From NCBI GenBank assembly GCA_000708835.1, contig DF237520.1, positions 1 through 57,085 of the forward strand: 57,085 bases of DNA, written 5' to 3'. The translations under genes and the position numbers were made by a program. The stretch comes from Klebsormidium nitens. Lineage: Eukaryota > Plantae > Klebsormidiophyceae. The first letter of the stretch is position 1, and every line of letters begins with the position of its first letter. Shown here piece after piece: positions 50,810 to 57,085 of the stretch. The notes beneath the pieces are model-generated. The model did no database searches, was not told the DNA's origin, and saw only the letters and a list, made by a program, of their open reading frames with translations.

Positions 50810-51396
50810 ACCCATGTTCTTCAAGGAACATCCTAGCTCCAAAAAGTCGATCTTTGTGGTGTCACGTGCATATTGTAAGGCTCAACGACAGCCTTTCCAA
50901 TCCCTTCTAAAGAGCACAGGCGCATTCTGATCTGGCCAGATTAGATCGAGCAAACCAGCAGCGCCTTTCTTCATCGGGAGCCCTGAAAAGCATGACGAGA
51001 CAATACACATCAAGGTCCTCAATGTCGAGATAGGGATTTTTTTCGCCGATTTCCAGCGAGGAGACCAATCAAACCGCTAGAAGTCTAAGGATAGGCGCCG
51101 GGAAAAAGGGAGCTTTGAAAAAGTTACACAAACCGAAGCATTCAACTCGTCCTGTGGCCTCAGGCTTTCCATGATAGCTTAGAATGCGCATCGGGCGAGC
51201 GTTTCACAATCCTCTTGCAAAATTTTCCATACTGGCTCAGCTGGAGTTGAGCATGTCGGTGAAATTTTCCATCGCGCCTCACCAACGTGTGTCGTTCACA
51301 GCCAAGGTCTAGTACGTGCATATCGGTTGCAACCGGTTGCATCAGTTGAATTTTGCAGCAGAGAAGCAATGACGGATTGTCGGCCAAAGGGAAATA

Positions 51397-51474
51397 ACGT
51401 CCCGTAAGAGAAATTTACGGGACGTAAATGACTTAAAGTTTTACATACGTCCTTTACGTCTTATAAAAGGACGT
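51397..51474. other. Twin stem-loops in an AT-rich patch
   Basis: acgtcccgtaa (51397-51407) pairs with ttacgggacgt (51415-51425); acgtccttt (51447-51455) pairs with aaaggacgt (51466-51474). Confidence 0.75.
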
Positions 51475-51689
51475 TAACCTGGTTGTTGATTGAGCTAATT
51501 ATGAGCTGCCAGAATTAGGATAAACAACAGGGATTTTGTCGACGTCATGCAAACAACGTCAGGGATAGGGCTGAATCGGGTAAAGCACAGCACGTGAACG
51601 CGAAGTCGAGGTCCTTGAGCCCATTCGTAAGCGTTGAATTATCTCCTTACTTTGAGATGGATTCAAAAGCTCGCACCGCCAACTCGCTT

Positions 51690-52790
51690 GCTATGCTTTT
51701 AAATACAACGACGGTACCCGAACCAGCCTCAGACTTCAAAGGCCTGATCTGGGCGAAGTCCGGATCTCTTCGGTCACGGCTGTCAGCCCAGGAAGAGCAG
51801 TAAGAACGTCTTGTGAGCGCCCTCAAATTCGTTCAAACGACATACGACAGGTTCAAGTGAAATAGCTAGTCGTATGCGCATGAGCGGCACCGCTATAAAG
51901 GTGGCCCCGTCTCTGAAAACAGGTGAAAGAAGCATGATAAAAATGAGCGATACTTTTGGAACGTGCTCGAATCCATGCAAAGCCCTGGATGAATCGATCC
52001 GGCGCAAGGTCCAAATGCGAAGTGCTTCTGAGGCATCTGGATCATCTTTACAATAAACTCAGTTGGCCGAAGCCTGCCACTGGCAAATTGTTTGCATGGG
52101 GACTATGTTTCATGCCCGAGCTTTGCGATTTCTACATCGCGTCGTTCAACCTTTAAAAGGACACAAAATTGACACAGTGAGGAGCGCGATTGGCAGGAGC
52201 CCAGCCTTTGAAAGCACAATCCCTCCAGGTCTCTCGGAATTTCCAGGAGCGGTTCAGAAGGAGCCTCTCAAGAAGCTCTGAGAAGCATATGCATGACAGA
52301 CGGTGGCACAGGCTTCAAAAAACGACCGGCTGATGAATCATAGCCGCCACAGATCATTCGTTCGCAGTTCCTTCATGCCCTTAACGTCTTTACAGGACGA
52401 AGTTGAAGAAAGGAAACAGAGCAGCAGGGCCTTAGCTTCTTTTATTGGGACCAGCCTTGCTTTGCTTCCTCACGGCAGCTGGACACGCTGCCAGTGCTGA
52501 ACCATCTTCACCATTCACTTCAGAAGAGTGCAGCCGGATGCACCCTCAGTCCCGGCGTCGACCTTAAGCCAACGAATGCCCGCACGTACAATCGAAAGAC
52601 AATGTAAAAACTGCAAGTGCGTCAACAAGGCTAGCCTCAACCACAGAAAACCAATGAGAAGTGGCGTGCATCTTCTCGTGGAAGCGCCTGTTTTCATAGC
52701 ATATGCACAAGCGGACCTATCAGCTATGGTGGGCACTTTACCAGGGTCGATGTGTCCAACCTCATCGAGACATTGAAAAGGATTTCATGC
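51690..52790 (+). pseudogene. Family-2 remnant V2
   Basis: acgacggtacccgaaccagcctca (51708) matches 48171; atctcttcggtcacggctgtc matches ~48237; taaaggtggccccgt matches ~48379; cagttggccga matches ~48570. Confidence 0.55.
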
Positions 52791-54949
52791 GAGTTGAGCA
52801 TCCAACGCCTGGTGGGCGACCTGATTCAAATTACAGATTGTTTAGAGTCTGGGATCCAAGACAACCCAGGACTATTAGATGCAGACGCGATTGACAGCTC
52901 ATGGCATTCTTGCCTTGAGCCCACCCGCAAGTGACCTTTGAACGTGCCGCTGAAGCGTTTTTCGCAAAGCTGCCTAGTCTGGGAACTATTTGGAAGACCA
53001 GAAATCAGTCTCTGCGTTACGTCTCTTTGAGAACGCAGCTGATGGCCTTCTGAAAAGTACCAGAAGGTACTTTCTCATCACTGGGATCCGGATGAAAGAA
53101 AGGTGGGATATGAACACGGTACACAGCAAGGCATCACATCGGACGAAATGATTCCACGTCCAAGCTGCTATCCAGCGAGGTGGGACTCAAAAAAGCTGCG
53201 GCAAAGTCTCAAAGATTCGAGAGAAGTGGGACATGACACTGGGCGATGCATTAAAGGTTCCACCTTGTCCTGTCGCCTCGAGCTGGCCAACGAAGGGACT
53301 TTGAAGGGGTTCTGCATGATGTTGCTGACGTCGATATACTGGCTCAGCTGTTGTAACGAAGAAGGAGGTGCGAAGCTTGCAATGTGCCTCACAATACAGA
53401 TTTCTCACAGCCAGATCGGACCCAGCACGCGCAATTTCTATCACAATATATATCACGTGTATTGACGTGTAAGGAGGGTTGCTTCGGTGGATTGAGGGCA
53501 GCATGTCCGGCTGGCGCAGAAATTTTCGAATATTCGCCACTGCCCATTAATCCAGTTTCTTCGGAAAAACGACGAGAATTAAGAGTTTCGAATATATAGA
53601 TCGAATCCCTTGGATCTTAAATCTTGAGCAAGCGCTTAAGGTGCAGCTCTCAAAGAGTCCTTTTGACGAGGCGCCCATCTGTGCGCTCATATGGCAAAGG
53701 CGTGCAGTTCAGCACAAAAACCGCCGCAGATCGAGAGGATGCAAACGAATGCTTCTTAGAAAAGAACGTCGTATCTGTGAACTATCGTGCCGGCTCAGAT
53801 GCGGGTAAGCAGGCATGACGCAATCGTCATCACCGTGGTACGCCTCCCTGCCAGCAGAGCCTCTGAGACCAGCCAATTCAGATTTGAGCAGTAGAGATGA
53901 TAGAGGTGGGGGACTGACTGTGAAACCAGCAAGCCTTGAGATTGTTGTTATAATGGACGAGCCCTCTCAAGGGCTCACAAGAAACGCGGTCACCAAGCGT
54001 TCGGATTTTTGCTCAAAGCAATGCAGTACTTGCAAATCTTCCCGCTTGCAAACGACAGTGGTGTCCCAGACCGTTGGCAAGAAGGAAGTCAGACGCAAAA
54101 AGCGGAAGTGCAATCGTTGAAAAGGTGTAACTTAAAATTTGTCGCCCGATCAAGCTCAGAACGGCGGGCATCAACGGCGGCTGCCGAACCCCTTACGAAT
54201 CGAAGACGCGCATGCAGCTTGGAGCCACCAGCAAAAGATTCAAGCCGGCTGTGCGAGTGCGGCAATGCGAAGCAACTTGCGCGCGCGAGAATTTCGGGCC
54301 TGATCATTGTCTCGAAGTACCCCGTAATCATCTCCTCAGAAAGCGAGATTGCAACCAACATCTTGCACGTGATCAGGGGTCAGAGGGGCACTCGAAAGTT
54401 GATTGCCAATCAACTGGTAAGTGCGCGCAACTCAGCGCTGTTGATTTTCCTGAAACGGAAAGCTGGCTTCCCAGTGAAGTTGCAACGGATGCGGCTTGGC
54501 GATATCATGTGCTTGCCAGGCTCCGGCTTGTCATTACCAGCTTCCGCTGTCCCTCTGACTCTCAGCGAGTCATTCAAGATCCAGCCCAAGAATGATTGTT
54601 ATGTAGGGTTAGACACGCTTGAGTTCAAGATGCAGAAAGTGCTTATATAAGAACCACGCAGCGCTTATACAAAAACCAGGAGCGCTTCTAAATGTACAAA
54701 CGCAGCCACCGGCAATCATTTTGCAGGTGGAGGGACTCACGGCTGCCTGGCTACTTGACACGAGCCCTCCGAGCGCAACAACACCTGGGCTCATTGGAAC
54801 ATCGAATTAACAAGATGCGCAGCCAGAAAGAGCATAATGCAGACGACGCATTCGCTACTAAAGCTTATCAAGGAGGAGAGAGCCGTACTTCTTTGAATAA
54901 CAAACACGAATATTGCCGCTTGGCTGTGGGGAAGAATTGAAGGACTTGT

Positions 54950-56420
54950 CTTGTAAGTTCGTGCAGACCACATCGATTTCCGTGCACTGCGGCGCCTTCA
55001 AAGGACAACATCTAAGAATCTTCTGGTGCATAAACAGACGTCAGATCGTCACAACAAAACTTTCGAAACGGCACAGAAATCTGCCACAGGTTTTAATCAG
55101 AAGGTCCCCGCCCATCCGTAACCCATAGACGACGGTCTTGCGAAAGATTCTCCAGCCGATCAACCTTAGTGAAACTGCTGCTTCCTTGCAAGCTATTGAT
55201 GATGCCCGGATCAGCCTCAGAACTCGAGATCAGGAAAATTCATGTGGGCGTACGTAGCCCGGAACGGTTCAGTCACGGCTGTCTTCTGCTTAACTCTAGT
55301 ACGAAAAGATAAGGAGCAGCCTTAAATCTCGCTACAAAGACATAAAGCAGGCTTTTGTACGACGGAAATTTTCGTTCGCATAGGTGACCTCCGAAGACGG
55401 CCGACCCATCGGCCGGGCCCCATGCTTCAAGAATCCGCACCACTTCCAAGTGGGCTTCGTTCCAATTCCTCACAAAATCCCTCAGCGGGTTAAGAATTGC
55501 CAAAATCCAAATGTTATTGTATTCTGCTTCCTGCCCGACCTTCGAGGCATTCAGAGCGGACCAACCAACCTCTAAGGCTTACGTGAGGTTACAGAAAGGG
55601 TATATATGGCAACCAGCAGAAGCCCCCAGGGACAGTTGCGAGTCACTTAAAAGCCTCAACGAGCGGGGAGAGAAAGGTAGAGCTATTGAAGCGTTTACGC
55701 TAGTGAAAGACGATGGTAGTGGCTTCAATACGGATGGTCTCCGCAATACGGATGACCCGGATAGCTTCTTGAAAGTTGCTCTCAAAAGATCAAGGACTGT
55801 ATCATAGCCACCGCTCCGTTAGTATTTACCCCCTTAATACGTGACAGTGAGTTATCGAGATTTTGAGGGCGGTTTCAAACTGCAGAAGCCCAAGGTGCGT
55901 GCATAGGGAAAAATGATCGAACGGCTAAATCAGTTTGTCCACACGAAAGGTTGGTCCTACCCTATCATGGGTAGCTCACAGTTATTCGTGAGGTACGCGA
56001 GCTCACTTATAGCAAGCCAAAGGCGACGTTTTTGACAATTTGATCCGCTCAATTGCTTGCCGAATTCGGTCGTCAGGTTGGTCAGAAGTAGAGAAACAAT
56101 GGCATATCACATCTCTGACAATGAGGCGACTGCCCCAGACCAGCGTCTTTGATCCTCACCGCTGACCGGCCTAGTACAGAATCTTTTCCGTCACAAAGAC
56201 TAGCAGCACGTCAAAAGCAACTTGACCATCAAGACATTTTGAGGTCAGCTCTCAATTTATTCATTGCGAGCCGGCGAGTTCAACCGAGTATTCTTCCAAA
56301 AGGCAAACGAAACGATCATACGAAAGGCATCGGGCAGCCTGTCGTAAAGCAGCCCGGAACTTTATCCTATACTTGGGGCCACACTCTGCTAAAGGGCATC
56401 ACCTCGGCCCCACGAAATGG
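54950..56420 (+). pseudogene. Family-2 remnant V3
   Basis: Motifs VHCGAF, RQIVTTKLSKR, DDARISL, HHFQVGF, PTFEAF and KGRAIE, collinear with V1 at ~7 kb offset. Confidence 0.65.
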
Positions 56421-56760
56421 GTGTTTATGAAAAGCAGTCCCCTCACAGATGCACGTACAAGGCCGGCTCAGGAGATTTCAGAATGCAAGACGGAAAGAAG
56501 GGTCATGATTGAAGTCTGTTGCCAAGGCTCGATTAGGCATGCACCGACTTTGTTCGACGATCGGGAGGCTTAATGAAACATTGAAGATTCTGTATTCAGA
56601 ACGACATGAATGCTTCAATTAAGGAGAGAAGATTTCTCTTTGTTACTCGTGGTTCATGACATACCAGTCACCCTCCCTCTGAGACGCCTGCTCAGACCAT
56701 CTGATCATCACCACTAGTGGCTGCAAGACTTTGTCTACTGGCAACCGACCAAAACGCGCA

Positions 56761-56848
56761 TCCAACGCCGGCCGCGCCGCGTTGGATTGAACTTCAATGG
56801 CGCGGCCGGGCGCCGGGTTGGATTGAACTTTGGCGCGGCGCCGCGCCA
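56761..56848. repeat. GC-rich palindrome and direct-repeat cluster
   Basis: tccaacgc/gcgttgga hairpin 56761-56786; gttggattgaactt(caa)tggcgcggc at 56781 and 56817; perfect 18-bp palindrome tggcgcggcgccgcgcca at 56831-56848. Confidence 0.75.
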
Positions 56849-57085
56849 GTTGACCGTGCGCTGACGCGTGCGCCTGTCGGGGCGGCGCGAGTCTCAAATC
56901 CCACCCAACTCTTTCGGCCGTCGGATGAAGAGGGTTTAGCCGAGCGCCGTCGATAGGCGATTCTGCCGAACTGCACACAGAGTGCCCGGTTTGGCTCGGA
57001 ATACCATAAGCTATGGGCCTCAGAGTCACTGAACTGAGCCTGGAAGGTTTGCTCTGACACACTGCGTTTGCCAGGCTTGCAAAAC

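Noticed and set aside
54009-54650. 213-aa plus ORF
   Set aside because: No recognisable domain, starts at a non-ATG codon and lies in decayed sequence; it may be a family-2 upstream remnant but cannot be supported as a gene.
1-57085. Intact transposase, reverse transcriptase, NLR/TIR, kinase, viral, rRNA or tRNA genes
   Set aside because: No diagnostic motifs (DDE, YxDD, P-loop GxxxxGKT, HRD/DFG, tRNA cloverleaf, rRNA cores) were seen by eye on either strand; highly decayed relics cannot be excluded without HMM searches.

Overview
Eukaryotic nuclear DNA of roughly balanced GC content, most likely from a streptophyte green alga such as Klebsormidium (inference from plant-type genes, GT-AG introns and TTTTAGGG telomere-type repeats). 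Only two intact genes are supportable, both on the + strand at the left end: a 103-aa single-pass membrane protein (77-388) and a 5-exon METTL6/Trm140-like tRNA m3C methyltransferase (582-7375, 557 aa). Most of the remaining ~50 kb is a decayed tandem gene array. About 12-13 frameshifted, stop-riddled remnants of one unrecognised minus-strand gene (family 1) lie at ~7.6-46.4 kb. The first duplications also copied the METTL6 last exon, and one copy still has a splice acceptor and an open frame. Three remnants of a second unrecognised plus-strand gene (family 2) lie at ~47.9-56.4 kb. Scattered within are an inverted interstitial telomere tract, two AT-rich organelle-like inserts, a MITE-like element and GC-rich palindromes. 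I found no rRNA, tRNA, CRISPR or intact transposase. Unit boundaries are approximate and were aligned by eye; I could not name the protein of either family.
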